The notes beneath the pieces were generated by a model. That model worked only from the letters and a program-made list of their open reading frames with translations, was not told where the DNA came from and ran no database searches. This document shows, piece by piece, positions 10,301-21,313 of a DNA stretch of 64,000 bases (positions are counted from its first letter, which is position 1; each line of letters begins with the position of its first letter). Origin of the DNA: Orbicella franksi (Eukaryota); assembly GCA_964199315.1 (NCBI GenBank), contig OZ116712.1, positions 3,596,001-3,660,000 on the forward strand. The letters are read 5' to 3'. The translations under genes and the position numbers were made by a program.

Positions 10301-13300
10301 AACTGTTGCTATTCAGATATCAATGAATGCTTGAGTAATCCCTGTTTAAACGGAGGGACGTGTGTTGACCAGGTGAATGCATATGCTTGTAACTGCAAAC
10401 CTGGATACGCTGGAGTGAACTGTCAAAGTAGTAAGTACTTTATCTATTTTGAAATGTATGTTCAGCTGGCCGGCTTAGTTCTGCCGGGATTCCAGTTTTT
10501 GAACGATGTTTATATGTTATGTCATTCTATATTCATGCAGACATCAACGAATGTTCCAGTAATCCCTGTGTTAACGGAGGGACGTGCGTTGACCAGGTGA
10601 ATGGATATGTTTGTAACTGCAAACCTGGATACGCCGGAGTGAACTGTCAAACTGGTAAGTACTTTATCTATTTCCAAATGTATGTTCAGTATACCGCCTT
10701 GGTACAGCTGGTCTTCCAGTTTTTGAGCGATGGTTACTTTTTAGCGCAGCTCCAGTGGCCCGAAGAGTCACCAAGCGGAGCACCATACTCATAGGAACCC
10801 ATGATCTGATTTCCTCATGGTCATCTTCGCTAGCGGTATTGCTTTCGGACGCTATGCACGATGACGACGATATCACGCAACATGGCTGCCTTACTCCAGT
10901 TAATAGGTCGACAGAAGCATGCAGCCTTGGTTTACAGCGTGTATCTTTGATGTTGGATATCCTTATTATGGTCAATTGACACCTGACTAAGCAAGGTATC
11001 CGCTGACCAGTATCACGTGACCATGTCGCGGACTCAGACTTAGAGGTCATCGAGGTCGTGTGTCTTTTTGAAGTTGATCGCTGCTTTTTTTAAGGTGACC
11101 GCTGTCCAGATATTGATTTTGGATTGAATCGCAGGCTCAAGCTAGGTTTTATAGAGCCAGAAGCTCTGCTTTCAGGCTTAGCTAAATCTACATATTAAAT
11201 TATGCATTCTGTTTTATGCAGATATCAACGAATGTTCCAGTAATCCCTGTTTAAACGGAGGGACGTGTGTTGACCAGGTGAATGCATATGCCTGTAACTG
11301 CAAACCTGGATATGCTGGAGTGAACTGTCAAAGTAGTAAGTACTTTATCTATTTTGAAATGTATGTTCAGCTGGCCGGCTTGGTTCTGCCGGGATTCCAG
11401 TTTTTGAACGATGTTTATATGTTATGTCATTCTATATTCATGCAGACATCAACGAATGTTCCAGTAATCCCTGTGTTAACGGAGGGACGTGCGTTGACCA
11501 GGTGAATGGATATGTTTGTAACTGCAAACCTGGATACGCCGGAGTGAACTGTCAAACTGGTAAGTACTTTATCTATTTCCAAATGTATGTTCAGTATACC
11601 GCCTTGGTACAGCTGGTCTTCCAGTTTTTGAGCGATGGTTACTTTTTAGCGCAGCTCCAGTGGCCCGAAGAGTCACCAAGCGGAGCACCATACTCATAGG
11701 AACCCATGATCTGATTTCCTCATGGTCATCTTCGCTAGCGGTATTGCTTTCGGACGCTATGCACGACGACGACGATATCACGCAACATGGCTGCCTTACT
11801 CCAGTTAATAGGTCGACAGAAGCATGCAGCCTTGGTTTACAGCGTGTATCTTTGATGTTGGACATCCTTATTATGGTCAATTGACACCTGACTAAGCAAG
11901 GTATCCGCTGACCAGTATCACGTGACCATGTCGCGGACTCAGACTTAGAGGTCATCGAGGTCGTGTGTTTTTTTGAAGTTGATCCTTACTTTTTTTTAAG
12001 GTGACCGCTGTCCAGATATTGATTTTGGATTGGATTGCAGGCTCAAGCTAGGTTTTATAGAGCCAGAAGCTCCGCTTTCAGGCTTAGCTAAATCTACATA
12101 TTAAATTATGCATTCTGTTTTATGCAGATATCAACGAATGTTCCAGTAATCCCTGTTTAAACGGAGGGACGTGTGTTGACCAGGTGAATGCATATGCCTG
12201 TAACTGCAAACCTGGATACGCTGGAGTGAACTGTCAAAGTAGTAAGTACTTTATCTATTTTGAAATGTATGTTCAGCTGGCCGGCTTGGTTCTGCTGGGA
12301 TTCCAGTTTTTGAACGATGTTTATATGTTATGTCATTCTATATTCATGCAGACATCAACGAATGTTCCAGTAATCCCTGTGTTAACGGAGGGACGTGCGT
12401 TGACCAGGTGAATGGATATGTTTGTGTCTGCAAACCTGGATACGGCGGAGTGAAATGTCAAAGTAAGTACTTTATTTATTTTCAAATGTGGCCAGCTTGG
12501 TTCAGCTGGGGTACCTTGCTCTCTTAGCTGAAAATTTCGTCTCTTAATTTTTGAACCATCATCGGTAAAACCATCCTAACTTGCTACTATTTTTTTTTCA
12601 TTTGTTAAATGTTATCAGACTCAAATGAACATTGTTTTATTTAATAAAACAGAACTTTTATTACAAGTGCCCGGATGCAGGAGTAATGAAACATCTGAGA
12701 ATACCTTCCTTTTAATTTTTTTTAATTAACTCAAAATAAAAGTTGAGACAATAGCTGGATTAAAGAATTAAGGGACGGCAGTCGGCAGTTTGATCATTCT
12801 TGCATCTTAATTTCTTTTAGTTTTCACTCTGTCTTTCTTGCGATAAAACTTTCACGTCGGCTTGCTTGCGGTTAGTTTCTACTCTGGTGTGACCTGGTTC
12901 ATTTGCATGCGGCTAGGTTTCATTTATTGCTTAGGACAAGGTATATATAAGCCTTTGACTGAGACATCAGTTTCATAGTTTCTCGCAATTAGGGCTAAAT
13001 TAACAACAGTGATACTTTATTGCCATTTGACAGCAGCGCAAGTGACTGTTACAAGCTCCCGTGCGGGCCTATCACTGAAACAAACCGAATTAAGCGGAAT
13101 CCTGTTCTCAACTGAAAACAGCGACTACAACTACAACTCTGGCAGTGACTACTTATATCTTGATAACATGGACTGCCAGTGGAATTTAGCTTCCAGTACA
13201 AAGGTGGAAGTTACCTTCTTTAATTTCAACACTGAACCTAACGTCGATTACTTGTATGTGTATGATGGCGACTCCTCGTCATCTTCACTGATTGGCAAGT

Positions 13301-15829
13301 TCAGTGGTACGTCTTTACCCGCGCCCATCACGAGCTCATCGAACAAACTTTACCTCAGGTTCACGTCTGATGGTTCAGTTCAAGCCCGTGGATTTACAGC
13401 AGCTTACAGAGGTAGAAATTTCTTTCATTTAATGCCACACTATATTTGCAATACATACACATTAATTACAATTCTAAAACAACTACTTACTCTACTTACA
13501 GTACTACATTTAGTTACACTTCATTTCAATACTTGTCTAATGCCTATCTGCATATTGCCCAAAAGTTACATTACAGTCAATACAGTTCTAAAAATATAGT
13601 ATAAGCACACTTATAAACAGATTGCAAATTAAGATACAGAGCCCATGCACAAATCCCACTTCTTATTAAATTTGTTCATGTTATAAACTTTTCTGTTTCA
13701 TACTTAACTTTTGCCTTTAGTTTAAAGGCGTTTATAATAGGAGTCAGATTTCTTCTGCAATCCTATATATATGATTTAGCGACTAGTATCAAATAGTTCA
13801 GTAAAGGGTAATTTGCGTAAATAATGCCAATCATGACATCTTGCAGAGTAACGTTACAGAGGTAGGATGCATCTGTACCTGAGAGCACTATATCTTAGAT
13901 GACCGTTCTTTTATTTTGATAAGGACCTTATTTACATTATTAATTATGGCATGTTCGATGACCAAATGGCTGGTATACGCAGTGGACTCGAGCGTTCCGG
14001 GTTCACCAGCTGGCCAGAGTCATTTTGTTGTGTTCTTGGCCAAGACTCAAGAGGTAACCCTGAAAGGAATTAATAAACGTCCAAGGGGAGAGGGAAGGAC
14101 CCAAATACTCTTCGTTATTCTCTCTTTTAAGAATACTTCCTACCTTCGCGGGTGTCCTTCGAGAAAAAAATTCGTGCTCGCGCCAGTTTCAATAAAACCC
14201 CAGCGAATATATCAGAAGAAAGCTTGACAAATGTAGTCTACGATAAAAATACAATTTAAGCGAGTTTTTCTTTTAGGAAGTGTCAGGATTCGGTAAGGCA
14301 TGAAACGACTGAGGGTTCTTCTATTGAATTTATAGGCTATCGGATGCCGCCATACGAGCAAAATGGCTGCACAGTCTTATTCACAAGGCATCAATCAACA
14401 CAAGTGTGTCGGGCTTTTTCGATATTCTGATATTCTAGATATCCGCATCTAAAGTTGGATTAGCTAAAAACATGTTAGACGTGTTACGTAAATGGGCGCC
14501 ACGGGAAAATATGCTAAAAATCCAAATTTCCCGACACATTTTCGTTTGTCATTATCCCTGGAATGATTTCACGAAAATCCGTCAAATCTGCATACCCTAT
14601 AAATTCGCTCGAAGTGGATGTATTCCTGCCAAAATCAAATGCGACATTTATGCTCGTAATTGTTGGTAAACAACTAGTGCCACGCCAGGAGACTAGCTCG
14701 CCTTATGAAACCGCAAACCGATGGAACAACAGGACCTCCTAGCGTCAATGAAAATGGATCTAGGATTTACTGGGAAAGGCATTGTACTGTAATTAATCCC
14801 CGATTTTTTATGCCCTCGAAGGTGGGAAGTAACCTTAACTAAACTATATAATACTGGTAAAGTGGTAGTAGTAGCTCGCCCAGAATATTCAAGGTGTTGG
14901 CGTACGGACGAACTTACGGATAGTCGCATGACAACCAAAATTTGTTAGATCGGTAAGTTACCAAATTTTCTAAGGTATGGGGCTCCGCTTGCTCGCCTTC
15001 GGCGCGAAGGAGCTCAGCTAATAATAAAGTTATTGTTACTGTTATCGCTTCATGCTTCAAAAACTGGAGTTAAGCGCCTACTGGTATACCGGGTAGGCAA
15101 CCTTTACGTTTACGGTTGGTTATACTTACAATCCACGCTTCGTAGTTATCTACTATATTTTAGTTTGCTTCTTTGTTTCGATTAATAGCAATAACAGATG
15201 GCGCCATCCGTCTCATGAATAGTGGCACACCATTAACTGGAAGGGTGGAGATATTTCACAACGGTCAATGGGGGACAGTTTGCGACGATAGTTGGGATAT
15301 TAACGATGCAAACATAGTGTGCAAGCAACTTGGCTTCTCACAGGCTACCCAATTTTTTAGAGGCGCATCTCATGGCCAGGGTTCGGGGCCCATTTGGTTG
15401 GATGACGTAGCATGCTCAGGAAGCGAATTATTACTTTCTGAATGCAGCCACCGCGGATGGGGAATCAGTGACTGCGTTCATAGCGAAGACGCCAGTGTGC
15501 AGTGCTCTCATGGATCGTCTTTAGTGCGATTAGTTAACGGAGGAGCTAGCTATGGCCGTGTCGAAGTTTACCACGACGGAGAGTGGGGCACAGTTTGTGA
15601 TGATAACTGGGATGAAAGTGATCCCAATGTTCTGTGCCGTCAGCTCGGGTTCTCCGGTGCCTTATCGGCTCCTTGCTGTGCAGCATACGGTGAAGGTTTG
15701 GATCCTATCTGGCTTGATGACGTCGACTGTGCGGGAGCAGAGTCCTCTTTGCTTGATTGTCCTCATGCGGGATGGGGAAAACACAACTGTGCCCATAAGG
15801 AAGATGCTAGTATTGTGTGCTACACTTAG
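7020..15829 (+). CDS. Predicted secreted mosaic protein SP-PAN/apple-EGFx7-CUB-SRCRx2, 10 exons, ~729 aa
   Basis: Exons 7020-7394, 9754-9868, 10317-10430, 10541-10654, 11222-11335, 11446-11559, 12128-12241, 12352-12462, 13034-13411 and 15189-15829. All introns are GT-AG with compatible phases (0, then all 1). The sum is 2190 nt = 730 codons ending in TAG. No TM segment. Confidence 0.85.
9754..9868 (+). CDS. Exon 2: EGF-like domain
   Basis: Poly-T tract plus CAG acceptor; [38 protein letters not shown]; donor G/GTAAGA. Confidence 0.92.
10317..10430 (+). CDS. Exon 3: calcium-binding EGF (type A)
   Basis: 114 nt, phase 1-1, [38 protein letters not shown]; donor GTAAGT. Confidence 0.92.
10541..10654 (+). 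CDS. Exon 4: calcium-binding EGF (type B)
   Basis: 114 nt, phase 1-1, [38 protein letters not shown]. Confidence 0.92.
11222..11335 (+). CDS. Exon 5: calcium-binding EGF (type A)
   Basis: 114 nt, AG acceptor ending at 11221, GTAAGT donor at 11336. Confidence 0.9.
11446..11559 (+). CDS. Exon 6: calcium-binding EGF (type B)
   Basis: 114 nt, matches exon 4. Confidence 0.9.
12128..12241 (+). CDS. Exon 7: calcium-binding EGF (type A)
   Basis: 114 nt, phase 1-1. Confidence 0.9.
12352..12462 (+). CDS. Exon 8: calcium-binding EGF (type B variant)
   Basis: 111 nt, phase 1-1, ends [14 protein letters not shown]; donor GTAAGT at 12463. Confidence 0.9.
13034..13411 (+). CDS. Exon 9: CUB domain
   Basis: DNMDCQW...FFNFNTE...DYLYVYDG...GKFSG...[25 protein letters not shown] is CUB-like; CAGCAG tandem acceptor; donor G/GTAGAA at 13412. 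Confidence 0.9.
13967..14048 (+). mobile_element. Truncated tRNA-derived SINE-like fragment in intron 9
   Basis: Degenerate tRNA-like head (GGACTCGAGCGTTCCGGGTTCA...) followed by TTGTTGTGTTCTTGGCCAAGAC, a pattern I recognise as SINE-like. Confidence 0.45.
14690..15012. repeat. Interspersed repeat in intron 9 ending GGGGCTCCGCT...GGAGCTCAGCTA
   Basis: Terminus resembles the GAGCTCCGCT end of the 2865-3469 element. Confidence 0.45.
15189..15829 (+). CDS. Exon 10 (terminal): two group-A SRCR domains
   Basis: IRL...[20 protein letters not shown]...VCKQLGF...[12 protein letters not shown]...HSEDASVQC occurs twice; stop codon directly after the second domain. Confidence 0.93.
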
Positions 15830-16110
15830 ATGATTAGCCGAGACCCGATTCAATAGCTTTGCCCATGAGTAATTCAGGAGTGTAGCTAGCATTTAAAATA
15901 ATTCTAGGCCTGACCACCCTGTCCACATCTTGTGGAATCCTGGAAGACGTTCCATGAGGAATTTCTTCAGATAAACATCCCGGAATATGCTTTCTCCCTT
16001 CTTCACGTTCTAATGATTCTTTTTTTTTCATTTTTGACAGTATTTATGTTTTGTAAGCTTGACGCCTATCAGTCTGAGCTCCGTTGTCGTTCTTTTTTTT
16101 TAAGTTATAA

Positions 16111-16466
16111 GGGAATTGACGCAAGACGATTGCGGCGCTGAGGACAGCGTCGATTGAAAAAAAGAAGTCATATCCTTCTTAACCTTCACCCATATCTCTT
16201 GTGCAATTCACTAGCTGTTTGTCGCTGTTAAAGCTATCCTCAGCTCAGTATGTCAAGTGACTGGACAGAAATGTTGATAATTCGCCGTCGGGGCTCACGT
16301 TCTCCAGAACACGGATAATTGGTTATTTCAAGTTGTTGTTTTGGATAGGTCAGTTAGTAACTGTAACAAGTTTGTAACGCACGTGCATAGCCATTGTACT
16401 TCTCATTGAATTTTTACTTTGGTAGCGTTTTCGGTGCCATTGTCGTCGTGGCTTGTGTCAGTTCCC
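16111..16466. mobile_element. MITE ending 5 bp beyond the stop codon of GPCR 2
   Basis: Imperfect TIR GGGAATTGACGCAAGACGA / TCGTGGCTTGTGTCAGTTCCC; internal sequence related to the 42781-43112 element. Confidence 0.6.
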
Positions 16467-16470
16467 AAAT

Positions 16471-17409
16471 TTAGTTGCCTTGAAGAAAGATCTTCTTAAC
16501 CAATTGCCTGACTTCATTCCGGATATCCTTCATTCGCCACAAATATAGAAGAGGGTTAAGCAAAGGATATAAATGCACAAGTATCGTTGCGATGGTGAGA
16601 AATAAGCTAGTGAATTCATTTATCGGACGAACAAGCGCTAGCACCATAGCGATAGCTATGGGCAAGAAACATATATAGAAAGCAGCTAGAATAAAAAGGA
16701 TTGTGTACACAGATTTCTTGTATTTCTCGAAGTTAATAGCTGGTTGGGCAAAGTTTTGTTGCAACTCGTTGGCGTGAATTTGCTGCTGATGGCGGCGAAT
16801 TGTTTTGAAAACTTTAAAGTAAGCTACTGATGTGAGCGAAAGGCAAACCACCAAAATTGAAATAATAGCAACGCGAAATAAATAACTAAAGGTTTCTTCA
16901 ACGAAAGTCCAAGCTAACGGGATAGGGATGAGCAACAGTACTACAAGCGTCACTCTGGTGGGACGAACAGTGATGAAAGATCGACGGGTCATGTGCAGCC
17001 ATCGCTCAATTGACATGAACGTCATCAGCAACATCGTAACTTGGAAACAATACGCGCCACAACCACTGCTAATAGCTTTGGTTGTGATATAGGCGGCCGG
17101 CCGGGTCATTTTCTCGAAAAGCTTGATCTGATGAGTGTCTGTTAAGTAGATCAACCCATTTGCAACAAAAAAAGGCTGAACGAATAACCCATTGCAGACG
17201 CCAGTTAAGGCCAATCCAGCGAGCAGAATGTAAGACGGTGTTCTGAGTGACGAGTTCCTCAAAATTGCAGCACAAACAAGAGCATTTCCTATCACTGCTA
17301 TTGGTGAGAATAGTGCAAGAAGAACCGTACATGAGAGAATTATTGGAAAAGGAGTAGAGTTGTTCTTGAGGGGAGAATTTGTTGTTGAATTAGTCTCGTT
17401 GTTGTTCAT
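16471..17409 (-). CDS. Class A GPCR member 2 (312 aa from first ATG; D2.50 replaced by Gly)
   Basis: ORF track start is TTG; first ATG at 17409 (MNNNETNST). SIERW, CFLP and LNPLLY present; TM2 reads LALTGVCNG. Confidence 0.92.
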   Translation of the reverse strand: MNNNETNSTTNSPLKNNSTPFPIILSCTVLLALFSPIAVIGNALVCAAILRNSSLRTPSYILLAGLALTGVCNGLFVQPFFVANGLIYLTDTHQIKLFEKMTRPAAYITTKAISSGCGAYCFQVTMLLMTFMSIERWLHMTRRSFITVRPTRVTLVVLLLIPIPLAWTFVEETFSYLFRVAIISILVVCLSLTSVAYFKVFKTIRRHQQQIHANELQQNFAQPAINFEKYKKSVYTILFILAAFYICFLPIAIAMVLALVRPINEFTSLFLTIATILVHLYPLLNPLLYLWRMKDIRNEVRQLVKKIFLQGN

Positions 17410-19036
17410 GACGATGCAGCTTATCGACAAAAAAAAGAATGATGACTCTTCATCTATGCTGTAAGAACGCTTTTAATTTTTATGTGTTAAGAACCTTTCA
17501 CCTGGTTCCTATTAAGGCGTCTCATCGTTGAAGTAAATATATTCATCCTGCCTACAATACCAGTGCTTTTTAATGTGAAGCTTTGATGATAATTGATGGC
17601 TGGGCCTATTTCCGCTGATTTTTTCGGTGAACTAATTTACACCGCAGTGGCCTGCTGTCCAAAAAGAGATATTTGCTGTAATTGCAATTTCCTTTGCAAA
17701 AATGTGTTAATCTTAATCATTTTTCGATACAATGTGCCCCGGTGTCTTAAGTATGGATGACGCTATGCTTTTAAATCAACTTGTCGAGCTAAGATGGGAA
17801 AATAATTTGTGAGGATCTCACCTTTAAATTTAAGTGCAGCTTATATCTTAGTTTCATTGTTTTGCTCCGTAATTGTCTTTTAGGGCTTTAAGTAGTTTGC
17901 CGGAACCTTTATTAGTATTATGTCATAGTGTGTTCAGTTATAAGCAGGCTTTCACTTGAAGGCTATTAATGTGTAATATTTCTCTTCCTAGTGACTGTGT
18001 TTCCTGAGAACAATTTGAATAGCGGTGGGGCAAGTACCAAGTTTGGTAAAAACATTTTTGTCTCTCATTAGGTTTTTGTTCATAGACTATTTCTATCGTT
18101 AAAACTAAAGCTTTTAAATGTCTCGATGTCTTTCCGTGGGCGAGAATTGAAAACCGTGAATTGCTGGATTTTTTGTTACTTCTTTCGTTTGGTGCAGTTA
18201 ATGTGCATTTATTCCAACCGAAAGTACAGTACGTTTCTCCGCTAGACCAATTTATTTCCTCAGAATAAATTGCATAGCAGTTAGGTGTCCTGAATTAAAG
18301 GAATATTTCTTCAACCGCATATCATGCTTGATCATGTTAACTTGTTTAACAAGTGTTTTATTGCTATGACAATGTAACAATGATTTTCTAAAAAACGTTT
18401 TTCTGAAAGCCCAATAAATTGGGCCATGTATAAATTTTACTCGTCGGTCGAAAGAGAAATCCCCATGGAAGCTTTAGCTAATAGTCGCTGTCCTATGATA
18501 ATTTCAATATTTATTCCAGGTAATTAATAAATCGTAAACAAAGTTTATTCAAAGTTCTTGGTGCTTTTCAATCAAGCGTATTGATACAAATTTAGGTGTT
18601 TTCAAAACAGGTGAAATACACTAGTACTGGCACTATCTGTTGGGTGTACCGGGCTTAATCATAACAATTACAATTTCCTCAAATGTGATTGGTGTATAAA
18701 CTGCTGTACTTTGCTCTAATTAATCTGCAAAGTTGTAATCGGACAGTGTAATCGGACAGTTGGGTGTAAACGGACACTTACATGAGCCAATCATGTTAAG
18801 TCCTCTCCACTTAATGCATCAATCATCATATTGATTAAAATCACTATAGTAACCAATTCAAGAGACTGACTTTGTAAAATTGTGGAGGTTTAGTCTCCGG
18901 TGACTGTTTTGAAAGAAACGTAACAGCCATTTTGCAAGCTATTCTCCATATTTTTAAGTTTTAAAATGACTATTGAAAGCTCTTTTTCAAATGAAACTTT
19001 TACTTTTGTGGGAAATTGTTATTGTTATGATTAATT

Positions 19037-19178
19037 GGTAACAGGACACCGTGTCATCCAATTCAGTCTGTAATCATACTCGTGATTAACAAATCGGACC
19101 CCCGCTTCGCGGTCGTCCGATTTTGGTAATCACTCGTATGATTACAGACCGAATTGGACTCCACTCAGTCCTATTACC
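19037..19178. mobile_element. Foldback/hairpin MITE
   Basis: Near end-to-end inverted repeat (GGTAACAGGAC...TGTAATCATAC.CGTGATTA.CAAATCGGAC / GTCCGATTTTGGTAATCACTCGTATGATTACAG...GTCCTATTACC) around a CCGC-TTCG-CGG loop. Confidence 0.8.
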
Positions 19179-19859
19179 ATTATTAATCAAATGTAGGATT
19201 TGTTTAGTTGGAAGAAAAATATTTCGAAAAAATTTATTCAGATATATAGAGAATGTTGCACGGTGGCGATAAGATAGAAATTTTATGTTCGAATGGCAAG
19301 AACGAGTGAGTGCAGCGAACGACTGAGACATTGTTTTTTGCCAGGAGACCATAAAGTTGCTATCTTCGAGCCAACATGTAATGTTCTTTTTATCATATAG
19401 GCACATACTACAGAAGCGAATCGAAAGCACAAACTGTATATGAACTTTAGCTTGGCAGCTGAAATATCTTGAATATCTCACAATTTTTTGAGCATTAAAG
19501 AAACCCCTTGAATAGTTTTAAGCCGCATGAAGTTTCTATAATCATTGTGCAATGTTTGTCATTTTCGTGTTCGTTATAAAGAAGGATCTTATGTCGGCTT
19601 CAGTGAATTTAACTTCCCTATCACTCGCAATCTTTCAATCGTCTATGGCAAAGTTTGGCCTACGTCATCAATTTCCTTACTAGTGAGAATATGGAAAATA
19701 CGCCAACACGGTCCCGGACGTAAATTCGTATGAATTTTACGAGTGGTGTATTTTACAGTAAAACGCTCGTGTCTAAATTATAAATAAGATTTTCTATCTA
19801 AGTTCAAATTTTCTTTTTCAACAAATGCCGCAGCATTTAACCGCGGCAAGCCTAACCAG

Positions 19860-20813
19860 CTAATTCCCTTTACGAAATACTCGTTTGAAAAGGAGTTTCA
19901 CTTCATTTCGAATATCCCTCATTCTCCACATGTAGAGAAGAGGGTTTAGCGAAGCAGACAGAAACATTAACATGGAAGACACATTCAACGATATGACGAC
20001 GAGTTCATTGATCAAAACTGTCGATATTCTCGTAGAGAGAGTAATAGGGACATAACCCATGTAGAAAATAACAAGGATGTAGAGGATCGAGAACACGGAT
20101 TTCTTGTATTTCGTCAAGTTAATGGCTGGTTGAGCAAAGTTTTCAGACATTTCGTTTGCCCGGATTTGCCGCTGATGGCGACGGATTATTCGAAAGACTT
20201 TAAAGTAGGCTACTGAGGTGGCAGCAAGCAAGAATATTATACCTAAACCGCCAGCGACGTCTGTTCCAGATGTAGCAACTTGCTTCATTTTTTGAAACAC
20301 ACGAAACGCAGTTAATAGGATCGCAAAGACAAACAAGATCGCAACTATGAAGCAGGGTCGACGTACGTTTATCACTGATCTTCTAGACATGTGCAGCCAC
20401 CTTTCAATGGACATGACTGTCGTGATAAATATTTTGATAGTTGAAAAGAACGAAGCAGAGCCATAAGCCATAACACTTATTGCGAACATTGGTTTGTTGT
20501 CAACGGCGCTCATCCGAGGCTGTAGTGCGTAGATCAACCAGTTTGTGACATAAATAGGCTGGCTAATGAGTCCAGTGCCCAAGTCGGTGAGAGCCAATCC
20601 AGCGAGAAGAACATAAGAAGTTGTTCTTAGAGAAGGTTTCCTCCAAATTGCCACCAAAATCAAACCATTAGCCACCACTGTCAGCGGCGACAAAATTGCG
20701 ACGACAACTGATGTGGACAAAATTATTACGTAAAAGGCTGAACCATGACTTGGTGCTTCGAATTTAAAGTAGAAAGGATGTGGTGGAGGAAAATATGTCA
20801 CGTTATTATACAT
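19860..20813 (-). CDS. Class A GPCR member 3 (317 aa)
   Basis: 7TM; LALTD, SIERW, GYVP, LNPLLY. Confidence 0.95.
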   Translation of the reverse strand: MYNNVTYFPPPHPFYFKFEAPSHGSAFYVIILSTSVVVAILSPLTVVANGLILVAIWRKPSLRTTSYVLLAGLALTDLGTGLISQPIYVTNWLIYALQPRMSAVDNKPMFAISVMAYGSASFFSTIKIFITTVMSIERWLHMSRRSVINVRRPCFIVAILFVFAILLTAFRVFQKMKQVATSGTDVAGGLGIIFLLAATSVAYFKVFRIIRRHQRQIRANEMSENFAQPAINLTKYKKSVFSILYILVIFYMGYVPITLSTRISTVLINELVVISLNVSSMLMFLSASLNPLLYMWRMRDIRNEVKLLFKRVFRKGN

Positions 20814-21253
20814 GACGATTTATTCCCATAAGCAGAGGAGTAATTGATCTTCAACTTTCAAACTAAGCTGTAAAATAAATTTAGATCGTTTTTCACCTGC
20901 TTGTTCTAATTTTCATTTCGTTTTTGTCTACCTTTGTGTGCAAAGCTATTTCCTTAAGATAAAAGGCTCTCTTGGTTTGAGTTAAAATCTTTAATTAGTT
21001 CTTATGACTTTTTTGTCGGCTTAAACATCCTGTAACGTTAAGCTCTTAAGGCCATAGAAAATTCCTTTACTTCTTCCGTTGGGCCAATCAATTTTCCCAG
21101 AACAAAATGAATAGCAACTAAGCAACCTAAATTAAAGGTTTGCTTGAATCTCCTTTGGCTTAAGAACAAAATTTTTCACTGTTCTCATACAAGTAGTAGG
21201 AATAAAACTGAAATAAAATGAAAAAAAAAACGCACCCCCCCCTCCCTCCACAA

Positions 21254-21313
21254 AAAATAAAATAAAATAAAATAAAATAAAATAAAATAAAATAAAATAA
21301 AATAAAATAAAAT
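21254..21313. repeat. (AAAAT)n microsatellite
   Basis: About 12 perfect pentamer units. Confidence 0.97.

Larger units (their letters stand above)
10314..12470 (+). repeat. 905-906-bp tandem repeat (~2.4 units), each unit carrying two EGF exons
   Basis: Exon offsets 10317/11222/12128 and 10541/11446/12352; introns are nearly identical between units (about 10 differences seen in the ~570-bp long intron). Confidence 0.97.

Noticed and set aside
10664-11955. Twin 128-aa minus-strand and 74-aa plus-strand ORFs
   Set aside because: They lie in the duplicated intronic repeat; identity reflects the tandem duplication, and there are no protein motifs.
10314-12470. CRISPR-like or other repeat-spacer array
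   Set aside because: The repeats are exon-intron units of ~905 bp; no short repeat with unique spacers anywhere in the window.
15830-16470. Possible 3' UTR overlap between the convergent SRCR gene and GPCR 2
   Set aside because: No plus-strand AATAAA seen in the 640-bp gap, but that alone cannot define transcript ends; not supportable without RNA data.
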